This document shows positions 42,621 through 54,320 of a stretch of 64,000 bases of DNA, one piece after another. The translations under genes and the position numbers were made by a program. Under the pieces are notes generated by a model that did no database searches, was not told the origin of the DNA, and worked only from the letters and a program-made list of their open reading frames with translations. The DNA comes from Cycas panzhihuaensis (Eukaryota > Plantae > Cycadophyta): assembly GCA_023213395.1 (NCBI GenBank), contig CM041465.1:144219741-144283740 (forward strand), read 5' to 3'. Numbering within the stretch: the stretch's first letter is position 1; each line of letters begins with the position of its first letter.

Positions 42621-43500
42621 TTTTTTGTACTTTTAAGTGTAATTCACCTTGCGGTTACTGAGTGATGTGGCACTCATACTTGCGGTGATTTAAAACACTA
42701 TTTCTCCTTAATTTCTTAATTATAGACTTCATAAAATGTCTGTGAATTACTAGCTAAAATTTGCTAGATTCACTAAGACAAAATGTAAGTTCTATGTAAC
42801 ACTTTCCAATCTTACAAAGACCTATGGGAGTGGTTAAAGGAGAAGACAGGAAGCCTAATCATATCCAATTAAAGGCAACATGGTGCGGCACAATATATCA
42901 CAACATGGTGTCATACGACATGACAGGACATGACTTGGCAGAATTTGGAACCTGGAACACTAGCATTCATCAATTTGCTAGTAATTGTTGAGTAGATTGC
43001 TCATCTTTATTTGCTTGCATATGATGCAAAATGACTCTTAATGATTTATTAGAGTCTTGATACTTGCTTACTCTTGAAGAATGTCTTGTCTCTATCTCTT
43101 TTCATGTGCAGAAACTGAAGGAGACGAGTGACTTATGTTGTTGAATTGTAGAGTATATAACTCTTATAAACCTGCATGATACTTACCATACCTTTGTCTA
43201 CCACAAACTCTTTCATTTGTGAGTTGGGTAGCTTATTGCTAAAGCATATTATGTTATGGTAGTGATAATAGCAGTGTTGTGGTGTTACTGAAAACACCTA
43301 ACAATTCTATGAAACAACAATGTCTTGGAAAATGACAATAGTGCATAGAATCAAGTATGATATTGTAAGCCAAGATTATGACATTTGAAGAAGCAGGACA
43401 ATGAGCGCGATGTTTACGCATTAATGATCACAACCAGCATGTACTGCATGAGGATGATGAAATCCTCTTTTGGAGCTTTGTAAAGGCAACTGCAAAGGCA

Positions 43501-43745
43501 AATCAATGACATGATGTGGATGACACTTAGTTCTGGTTGATCATAATCAACGACAGGATGTGCATTGACCACTTAGTTCTGGTTGAGTCAATTCAACTAC
43601 AGGATGTGGATGACACTTAGTTCTGGTTGATCCAAATCAACGACAGGATGTGCATAAGACCACTTGGTTCTGGTTGATCTCTTGTAGCAGTTAAAGGCCA
43701 AATCAATGACAGGATGTGCATAGCACCTAATTCTGGTTGATCTCT
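43501..43745 (+). repeat. Five-copy tandem array of a 44-47 bp unit inside D
   Basis: Consensus AATCAACGACAGGATGTG(G/C)AT..(C)ACTTAGTTCTGGTTGATC. Confidence 0.9.
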
Positions 43746-45009
43746 TGATGTGGATAGCTTATTCCACCAAGACGGGATGCAAAGCAACAATCACAACATT
43801 TGAGAAGCCATTTTGGGCTTAATTGACTTCTTCAGTTGTTCTACTACAACAAAATGCCTTCCAACTATCGAAGAATTGGGATTCCATGATAGATTCAAGC
43901 TTGTGGAAGATCATCATCGTTCTATTCGACAGCATATGGAGTAGGGTATAGTTGAGTTAATATATTGTCCCTCAAGTTGTATTCTCACTTAGACTTTAAG
44001 TTGTGAGAAATTATTGAGAGACTTAGGACATTGATGTTTATGTTAGGAAATGAACTTAACATTATGGGAGGGTGTTGGAATAATGTACATTTCCATTACA
44101 TGTCCATTTAAGTTCATTTCATTTCATTAGAATAATTGCTCACATATAATATTCTTGATGAGAATATTCTAGTGAGAGAAGATTCTTAGTCAGTTTCTAG
44201 AAGTCAAAGATGCTCCAACTATTAATGAGGTAGTTTGAGCACACCAAAAATCATGGGAGTTGTTGAACCACCTCCTATGTTTAGAGTTAGTATAAAGTTA
44301 AAAATATGTATTTGTACCTTGCATATTTTTTTAATGAGATTTGGAGAGTTGTGAGTCATTTGTCATATTGTCATCTCTTGTGTATTTCACATGTGCTTTA
44401 TGACATGTCTCCTACTCCTATCCACTCATTCCTACACATGGAACACATAGGCAAATTAGAAGATACATTACAGATTGGTTGATGTGATGCATAGACATGT
44501 GTTCGTACAACTATACAGCCAAAACATTGTATTAAGAGGCACAATTAATGAGCTATTATTAAAAGGTGTATTTAGTTATGGAAGGAACAATTGTGACCAT
44601 AAGTCACAATCCTTCCCCAAAGGCATGCATTTGGGTATTTATTGATCATTTCTTGACCATTCTAGTGTGAGAGGCAAGTTATTGGATATAGTGTCATGTT
44701 TTCTAGGAGAAGACGTGGAAAGTTTATCCAGTGATGTAAAATCCATTGAACAATGATATTGCTTAATGAAATTACAAGTTGTATGGAAATTGTGTATCAT
44801 GGGCATGATCATGATTGATGTATGTTGTTTTGATTGATGTTATGATAATGTTGTGATGGTGTTGTTATACTTTATTGATGGATTCATGAATGCATATGAT
44901 GCATGTGTGACATGTTATAACACCAATATGTTGACTAAACCCTAAGTAGACTATTGAAAGTGACCCTTGACAAGTGCACTTTTTAAGGACCAGAAAGTGA
45001 GGTCAACAT

Positions 45010-45022
45010 TGGTTCCATTGCC
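45010..45022 (+). promoter_or_regulatory. Primer-binding site of E, probably tRNA-Glu
   Basis: TGGTTCCATTGCC; F has TGGTTCCGTTGCC at 57816-57828, complementary to the 3' end GGCAACGGAACCA of plant tRNA-Glu as recalled. Confidence 0.7.
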
Positions 45023-45866
45023 TATGTCCATTGAGGAGGGACTGAGCCGGAGTTTTACCATATGAACTTATGCCCAAAGATCAAGGAATCCTAGTTGTCA
45101 TTGTGATGGCATGCTGTAATTAAGTCTTTGACAACTAGGGACCTTCTAATGCCACCAAAACAACTTTAGAAGGTGGGTGAGCCACCTAGACAACTTTCAT
45201 CTAGGGGAATTTATGAATCTATTAGACAAAGGGCCATAAGATGGATAAACGAGAGGAAATTAAGAAGGGTAAGGAAGTTATGTTCCATTGACAAGGCCAA
45301 GGGACAATTTGTTGAGAGGTCTGAGGCAAGTGGTGTGTAGACACCTTAGGAATAGGGAAATGAAGGACATGGAGAGCTAATGGTGATAACACCTGCTCTA
45401 TTTGAATTAGACATGCTTAGCCCAGATAAAGAAGAGGGGGAGATTACAAAAGAAGAAGAAGATTCAAAGGAAGAAAATAATGCTTTAGAAGAGGAAAGAG
45501 AAACCCTAAGGAAGGAGGAACGATTAAGTGTGAACTCTAGTTCAAATGACTTGAGTGATCACAAGGAGATGGGAGTAAGGTCCCTTAGCACATTGGGAAA
45601 ATCATCTAACACGATAGTTGTTTGAGAATATGCTAGAAAAAAGATTTGAGTAGTCATTTTTCATTACAACATTGATAGTACAAATACCAAGGCATTTAGA
45701 ACCTATTCATTGGAGGACACCTTTTTAGAATCCTTTCTTTGGGAGAGATAGTATAGAGAAAAGTCTACATGGGACACCACTAAAAGCTATTATAGTAGAG
45801 GGAGAAGTAATAACTCTGAAACAAGAAGTTACACTACCTAATTCTCCAAAGATAGAAGTTACACCA

Positions 45867-48800
45867 TTGGATTTTCTAAAAATGGGGGACTTGAAAGAGT
45901 TTGGGAAATTAATTTTCAATGATACACAAGATGGCATTAAGCATGGGTATTTATTTCAAAATTTGGTAAATGTGAGAAAAATTACAAATGAAGATGACAT
46001 CAAGCCCAGATTTGCATGTACATTATGGGGAGTACCATTGGCACGGTGTATAAGATAGAAAACTTGGGAAGAAGTGAGAAAAGAATTAGAGGAAAGGTTC
46101 CAAAAATTTCATAGTAATGAAGTTGTCAAAATTGCACTCAAGGAAATTAAACAAAGACCTAGAGAGTCAGTATTGACCTACATAAGTTGTATGAAAATCA
46201 TAGCAGCCAATATGACATATAAGAAAGTAATGGATTACAACATAAAAATTTGTTTTGTTAGAAGGTCAAATGAGAAACTAAGGTCAACAATGTACACACA
46301 TCCATTGAAATCTTTCTAGAATGCCCAGGAATTGGTAATAGATTTTGAAAAAGAGATGGATGCCCAAATAGGAGGGCACAAGGTGTTATTATTAAAACCA
46401 TAGGATGGGATTTAAGAAATAAAGTGACAACAGAACAACAAATAGTTCTTCCAAGTTGAAAAAGTAGAGGAAAAGTCTAAGGTAAAAGCCCCTAGGAAAG
46501 AGGTGGCAAGATTAAAAATGAAAACAAATAAGAATGAAGGGGAGGAAGAGAGAGGGAAGAAGAAGAAAGGAAAACAATTTTGAATAGATAAATGGTGTCA
46601 CATTTGTGGCAAGGCCTCCCATTCCATAAAGGTATGCAAACTCAACCCCAAAAATAGTGCTTCGAGGAAATAGGATAAATGGTGCCACATATGTGATGTG
46701 GACACCCACAACATGAAGGATTGCTATTTCAATCCTCAAGGAAGAAACTACAAAGGAAGAGGTAGGGGTAGAGGTGTTGACTTGGCTTGACATCTACACA
46801 GTATTAGAAACGCACCAGAAACCTCTAGGAAGAAGGCACCCATTGGGAGATGCCTAGTATGCCTTAAGTTTGGCCATTGGAAATCCAAATGCCTAATTAC
46901 TAAAGCACACAAACAGTGTCCCTTCGTATGTAAAGATTATGGACTTGGAAGTCACTACACAAAGAATTGTAAGTGGAAAGTTAAGGTAACAAACCTCAAG
47001 ACTATAGTCCCAGAATCAAGTAAAAAATGTGAAATTACAAATGAGGACCAAAGCAAAGGGGAAGGGGAAGGGGAAGGGGAAGGGGAAGGGGAAGGCAACA
47101 GATGACTACCCAAACCCTAAGATAGAAACACACTGCTTTGAAGTAGCAAGAAAAGCTTTGGAGGAAGCAATAAAGGAGGAAGAAGAAAAGGAACTACCTA
47201 TGGGCAAGTCTGTAACAAAATATGTGTATACAAGGAAAAACAAACCAAATGAAAAGGAATTAGCAATCTGTGAAATGCCACTTGTACAACAACCACTCGT
47301 AGTCCAAGTAGAGGAATTACTCAAGGGTTTACCTATGTAAGACATACCAAGAATGTTGTTGTTAATGGAAATTCTAGTGTAACAATTGCAACTTACCATT
47401 CTACTAGAGCAAGCCATTGAATGTATCAAAATGAGCATATTACAACATAAAGACTCAATAAGAAGTCTGAAAAAAGTGATGTTTTCTTTTGATCTCGATC
47501 CAATAGTCACTATTAGTGTTTTGGGAGAAATATTTCATGGTGTGATTGTTGATGGGGGAGCCGCAGTTAATGTACAACAAACAATAACATGGAAACGACT
47601 AAGAAGTCCAAAATTGGAGGCCACAACTTATTTCTTAAAGTTGGCCATTGAATTCTTGCTGAAACCAGTGGGAAGATTGCTTAATGTAATGGTGGATGAA
47701 GTCTATATTGTGGTTCCAATAGATTTGAGTATAGTGGAGATCACGAAAAGGATGGTGCCTTATCCAATATTGTTAGGGCAACCATGGTTGTACAGAATAA
47801 AATGTCTCTAGAGATGGAGAGATGTGACCTTTATGCTAACAAATGGTGGAAATGAAGTGGTACTTCTATGCTTAGGAAAGGGAAGTACTTAATCAAAATG
47901 ATTCTGAATGATGCCTCAAGGACTACCATTGCTAGTGACGAGACGTGATCAACATTTGAGAAAGCAAATTTGTATCACATAGCAGTGGAAGCAAATACCA
48001 TGAATAATCCATAAGTATGAGTTTAATCATTATAGAGAACTCCATCTTAACAACTCTTTCGATGAAGAAAGTACAAAGAAATTTGTGTTTTATTGGATAC
48101 GAGAATCCTATGAGGTTGATCCTCTGTCCTTTCATTGTAAGTTACTCTCTATGTGTACTTCTAGTGACATGGATGATAATAAAAATAACAATTATGAGGA
48201 TATTAATGTCTTATGTAGTGGTAGCATGGAGAAAATACTAGTAAATGAATGCGTGAATGATATTCCTATAATTAATTAGCAAAAAGAGAAAGTAGTAGAA
48301 TCAAATTCCCTATCCGTAAACCCTAACCCTAGCCCCAAGCCTAACTCCATATCTAATCCCAGTCCTAACCCCAACCCTAACCCTAACCTTCCTTCTACTT
48401 CGGGTGTGGGTTTCAGAGTAGATTTCCCTTCACAAACTATAACCTGTATCGAGGAAGAGGGTAATGACTATTCCTCGTCCTCTTTATGGGTACACCCACC
48501 CAGTAATCAATCTTCTCCATCTGAAGGTAGTACCCTCAAGAATTATGGCTCTACAGTAAAGGAGGAAGGGTTTACTAAAGGTAACCTGAGGGAATCTTGT
48601 TTTAGGGATATGATATCCATTTCAGAAGATAAAAAATTTGGTCTTTTCATTGGAGACAAAGTAGCTCCATTATTTAGGAAATAATTATATGGTACAATCG
48701 ATTTAGTCCAATTTATGGAGTATTGGATGGAATAGAAAATAGTAGATGAGTCTCATTGGGACTTGGATTTTGTTTTGACTTTATAGGGGCTTGCGCGGCA

Positions 48801-51719
48801 TTGGTACTTAGCCTACCGGGTTTCGTTTCATAGTTGGGAAGATATTTAGGCATCCTTCTGACTACGATTCAACCCTCCAAACAAAATGCCTATTCCACCC
48901 TTTTTGGTAGGGGAATGTTCAGTAAAACACATCCAAAAATGTAAAAACTTTTGTGTATCTCAAAATATACCCAAACGAAATTGGAGCCATCTATTCTATC
49001 ATACCTTAGGGAAATTAAGGAAAGAATGGCTTTGAAAGGGTGAGAAGTCGAGAAGCTTCATGGAATAGCTTGAAACATTCTTTTATTAAGACATTTTTGC
49101 ACTCATCTAAGGATAAAATTATTGATAAGATACTTAAACAAATTAGGAGGTTAAGTATAGAGGTAGAACAACCTAAATCCATGTTAGTAGCAAGAATGAT
49201 AGAGAGTATAGATAGGGAAGAGGAAGAGGAAAATCATAATTTTCCTCCTAAGTACACATAGCTGCAATATGGTAATTGGGATATTGAAGATACCCTTGCA
49301 TGCTAGGTAACGAAGGATAATAAAGTAGAATTTAAGGAAATAAAAACAAAAAGATTAATTTAGGGGATAAGGATAATGCTCGTAATTTATCCATTGGGGA
49401 TTATTAGGATGAAAAATTAGTTGTCGAAGCTTAAACATTATTTAAAGAGTTTAAAGGTGTGTTTGCATGGTCCTATAAGGACCTAAAGGACATCCCTCCA
49501 AAAATCAAGATGCGTCATATTGATCTTATAGAAGTGGCCAAGATAGTAAAACAGAGTCCCTATCGTATGAACCCTAAGTATAAGAAGAGGGTTAAAGTAG
49601 AGGTAGATAAAGTTTTAGAATTAGGATATATTAATGAGATTGACTATAGTGATTGGGTAAGCCCAGTGGCGGTGGTGCCCAACAAGAATGGGAAAATTAG
49701 AGTTTGTGTAGATTATTGGCAGTTGAATAAAGTAACAAAGAAAGATCCTTATCCAATTCCCTTCGTGCAAGATCTATTGGAAATGGTTGGAGGTCAAGAA
49801 GTGTATTCATTCACAGATGGATTTAATGGATATAACTAGGTTTGGATTGCTTTGGAGGATCAAGCAAAAACAACTTTTGTGATAGAATGGGGGACGTACG
49901 CCTATAGGGTCATGCCTTTTGGGTTAACCAATACACCAACAATATTCTAGTGCATTGTAATCAATATCTTCAGGAAGATGATAGGGGACAAAGTCGCCGT
50001 ATTCATAGATAATTGTACCCTTTATGGAATTATGAAGAATCATATGAAACATTTGAGAGAAACGTTACAAACCTATAGAGAAGCCAATCTCTTCTTAAAT
50101 CTAGAGAAGTGTTTATTTTTGGTCCCATTTGGAAACTCATTAGGTCATATTGTGAGCAAAGAAGGATTATTGGCAGATCCAACGGAAGTGTTTGGTATTT
50201 ACATTTTTTACTTCTAGTAACATGGAAGTAATTAAAAGGAATTTTGGGACTAACTGGATACTATAGAAAATTTATCAAGGGATATGCATATATATTGGTA
50301 CCCTTGGAGGATCTACTGAGAAAGGATATCGAATGGGAATGGGGAACAAAGCAACAAGAAGCATTTGAGTCCTTAAAGCAAGTAATAAGATCCACACCTG
50401 TTCTCCAATTCCCTAGTTGAAATAAGATCTTTCATGCATGTGGACACTTCGTAGTATGGCATTAGGTGCATGCTCACATAATTAGGGATAACGAATATTG
50501 ATCATCCTATACATTTTGCTAGTAGAAAATTGACAAGAGTCGAACAAGATTATACGACAACTAAGAGAGAAGGCCTAAGGATGGCACATGTCTTACAAAA
50601 AGTTTCAACATTCTCTATTATCAAATTCATTTATTTTCTATGTGGACCACTAGTCACTTATGTATCTTGTGAATAAGCTGATATTGAGAGGATGAATTAA
50701 CGGGTGGTTAATGTTGTTCAGGGAATTTACATTTAAGATTTAAGATCATGTTAAACCCTAGAAAAGTGCATGTAATTCTTGACTAATTATCTAGGATTGA
50801 AAATGTGGAAAAAGCCATAGGAATATCTGCTGATTTCCCAAATGCAAAATTATACACTGTGGAAGGAATTTCGACTGAGTGGTATGGAGGAATTCTAGAG
50901 TACTTGGCAATACAAGAGTTGCCACCAGAATTGGATAAAACAAAAAGAAGACACTTAGTATGAAAGGCGGAACCTTATCAACTAATCTAGGGCAAATTAT
51001 ATGGGTTAGGATTGGATGATGTGTTATGCTGTTGTGTAAAGCCATATGAGATAGAGCAAATAATAATCCAAGCCCAAGAAGTGGTAGAAGGATATATGGG
51101 CAAAGAAGCAAGATGGATGAAAGTGTTAACTATCAGATTTTGGTGGCCAATATGTTCAAAGATATAAAGAAATGGATAAAAAAATGTAACTTCTACCAAA
51201 GAACAGGAAAACCAAGTGGGATCTTGATTTTGTTGGACCTATTTGGCCAGCGACTCGACGATCTCAAGTCGGATATATATTAGTAACCATTGATTACCTG
51301 ACCAAATGGGTAGAAGCAAGACCACTAAGAAATGTGGATGTGGGTAGTACAATACGATTTTTATATGAAGTAATCATAACATGATATGGTTGCCCTTTGG
51401 AAATAGTAAACAACCAAGGATCACATTTTTTGAATCAAGTGATGGAAGAGTTAACATCTAATTTTGAATTAGTCATCACAAATCTATACCTTACTATCCC
51501 AGAGCCAGTGGACAAGTGGAAAGTTCGAATAAGACTATTGAGAATTGCTTATAGAAGATTTGTGATGTGGGAAGATCAGACTGGGTAGAAACGTTGTCCT
51601 CATTATTGTGGGTTTTTCATATTACTCATAAAATAGCAATAAGATAGACATGATTCCAATTAGTTTATGGGATGGAAGCAATCATTCCAATTTGAGTTCG
51701 AGATTTTGAGCCTTCAAGT
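45867..51719 (+). pseudogene. gag-pol of element E: Gag about 45870-46990, PR about 47490-47815, RT about 49450-50220, RH about 50230-50760, IN about 50800-51719
   Basis: Motifs in PR-RT-RH-IN order; many stops and frameshifts. Confidence 0.88.
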
Positions 51720-54320
51720 TGTTAGAACCTTCATTCCTAAGCATTAAGTCTTGACCTTGTGTATTAGTATTTTTGTCACTTTAGGCCCTTTATCCTAAAG
51801 TGTTTATTTGTTTGATTATAAAATTGTCTTTTGTCTTGTAGTGACTTTTCTCACATGTGCTTATGAGAAGTCAACTTTTGTGGGCTCTATCTTTATTCTT
51901 GGAGATAGAAGAGTCCTAATCAGATTTGTCTCTTAGTGTTGATCAGTAACATGTGAAGAAATCCTAATCGTCCAAACTCCTTTATAAGGAGCCCTATTCT
52001 CATGTTTTGGTATGTAGTATTTTGAGTAAGAGTTATGCTGTTGTAAGTGTCTCATGTAGGTGAAGTGTTGAGAAGAATTCTCCTTCATACTTGTGTTTTA
52101 TGATAGGTTGAGTTGAAGTGCAATACTCCTCCCTATCATCTTTTGTGTTGTGCTACATCATTTCTTTAATCTAAGTGTATAGTCCTTCGTATTTCGATGT
52201 CCTCTCTAGCTTCTCAATAGATTCTGACACCTGTATCTGCTCCATTTCGTCTTTCAATTTGGTATCAGAGTGGAGGCATCTTGAGGAGCGGATTGTTGGC
52301 TTCGAATTTTTCCAAATCTAGTGATGACCTTCGCCATACGGAGGCGATCCAATTGGAGCAAGGAATAATTTCTCGAGGTTTCATGCTGAAGGACTTTGTT
52401 TACACTTTTTGACTTGCAAATTTTTTTTAAGGATCTTTTATGCAAAGTGTGCATATTTGTATGTTTGGAGGACTAATTTTGTGGCCAAGGAAAAGGGACG
52501 GTGATACTAAAGTTTGTAGGACATTTGGAGCCAATTTTCTTGTGTTCTTACACAAGAACAAAGTTGTGTTGCAATCTTTGCATTTTGTTGGCAAAGTCTG
52601 ATGCACAAGCAGCTTTATGAAGTTTTTTTTAAGAAAAGTGGCCTCATTTTTGTGTAAGAAACTGTTATGTATACATAATTCTTGAAATTATTAATTATTT
52701 CAAGAGTTTGTTTTAAATTTTCACTTTGTTGTCTTGAAAAAAAATAGGAGAGAAGTCTTCACAAGGGTTTTCTATGATATTACTTTCATTAAAGAATGTT
52801 TGAATTAAATTTTGTTGGAAGAAGTTTTATTTGCTAATTCAATCCCACCACATTGTAAGGAGATATATTTCCTCCTTAAGAATTATTGTTGTTGCTTCAA
52901 TACCGTCAAATTCATTGGTAGAGAATACTTATAACTTTTGTCCAACAGCCACAAACTGTGATGGTATTAAATTTGAAGAAGCCCTGGTATAATCTGAATT
53001 ACTAGACTCCCTATGGTGTTCTGCCTACGTGGCTTCCTTTATGTAAACAGTTGGCATGACATCCCAGCATTAGCTCTTCATCTCATCAGTGGTTTCAATT
53101 TGCAGAGATAGCCTTACGTGAGCTCTTTGTGGCATTGGTGTTACACACAAAAGTATGTAACATCTTGAGGAGGCATGCACAGCTCCTTGGCTTCTTCATA
53201 GCACCTCCATCTGGCGTCCATCCATGTGACCTATTGAAAATCATGCAGGCGAATCGCGCCTCTGAAAAGTGCCCGTGACTTGCTATCTGTGGTCCTTCGT
53301 GGCTCCCATGACGACCCTGCTCCCTCCGCGATCTGCTGGTGACTACTTAGTGTGACTCCAACCTACGCAGTCTCATACGCTCGGCTTGTGTCTTCACCTC
53401 CTGTGGCAGGCCCTAGGTGGCTTCCTCCGGGCGTCTCGCCTCGACTGACTGCTCTTCACTCCATGATGGACCTGAGACTGCTCCGTAATCTCCTCTGCGG
53501 CTCCTCTGTGAAGTGCGACCTGCCTGTGTCCTGGCATCTCTCCGTTCTGTCTCCGGACCTACTCTTTCGTGCAACCTGCAAGTGGCTCGGCTCCAGCTCT
53601 AAGCGTCAGCCAGCTTCCGTTGATTAGCTCCATAGCTCCTTCCATGGGCGGCTCCAGCCCCACAGCTCTAGCGTCCGACGGCTCCCGACACCACGTAAAA
53701 CCGGCGCCCACAGTCCTGCGTCCTAAACGGCGGCGCACCTGGTAAGTAATACCACTCGATTTAGATTCTTATATATAATCTTTAAACTTTGGTATATGCA
53801 ATGTGGAATATACCAAGTATATTCCATTTTTAATTTTTCATTTGGAACTTTAGTCTTACTAAAGTTTCTTTTTATTTTGTTTCTTAAACTTTATTTTTAT
53901 CATTGAGAAGAACTTTTTATCACTTGTTTAGTGTGCAAATCACACTAACACACATAAAAAAATTTGCAAGTACATTTTTTATCAAGATCATCATCATTAA
54001 GTGATTTATTGATCACTTTTTTGTAAAAATTTATGTGATTTTTAATGACTTTAAGTTTCTTAGTGACTTAAGTCATTAATTATGAGTTAAAAGGTGATCA
54101 ATTTCAAAGCCTTCCAAAGTGTGTTAATCACATGAAAAGAGTTTATACTCTGCCTCAAAGTGTCGATAACTTGGCCAACGTTGATCTTGCTATCAGATTG
54201 GATAAACTTGCGAGCCAAGCCCTCCATTTTGTCCACAAATTTCTCAGTCTCATACTAATTTCTTGTTGGATATCGAGTGGAACTTAAGCGGCGTCAACTC
54301 AAAGGTCTCCAAGTTTCATC

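Larger units (their letters stand above)
40279..44436 (+). mobile_element. Non-autonomous copia-derived LTR element D (4158 bp, LARD/TRIM-like)
   Basis: LTRs 40279-40639 and 44073-44436 (about 8 substitutions and 2 indels by eye); TSD CATGG at 40274-40278 and 44437-44441; PBS TGGTATTAGAGC at 40640; PPT ATGGGAGGG; only RNase H remnants (FHDRFKLVEDHHRSIRQHM...VELIYCPS). Confidence 0.95.
39337..51719 (+). mobile_element. Ty3/gypsy element E: 5' LTR split by D, integrase interrupted by C, remainder beyond window
   Basis: LTR TGTTGA(39337)...TCAACA(45008); PBS TGGTTCCATTGCC; Gag with zinc knuckles; PR VIVDGGAAVNV; RT VFAWSYKDL, PYRMNP, WVSP, RVCVDY, DGFNGYN, VMPFGL; RH FASRKL; IN IDYLTKWVEA and LVYGMEAIIP. 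Confidence 0.88.

Noticed and set aside
43501-43745. CRISPR-like array
   Set aside because: Units are head-to-tail without unique spacers, context is eukaryotic, and there are no cas genes.
48318-48390. Telomeric CCCTAA-like repeat
   Set aside because: Short and degenerate, inside pol; reads as an Asn-Pro/Ser-Pro linker.
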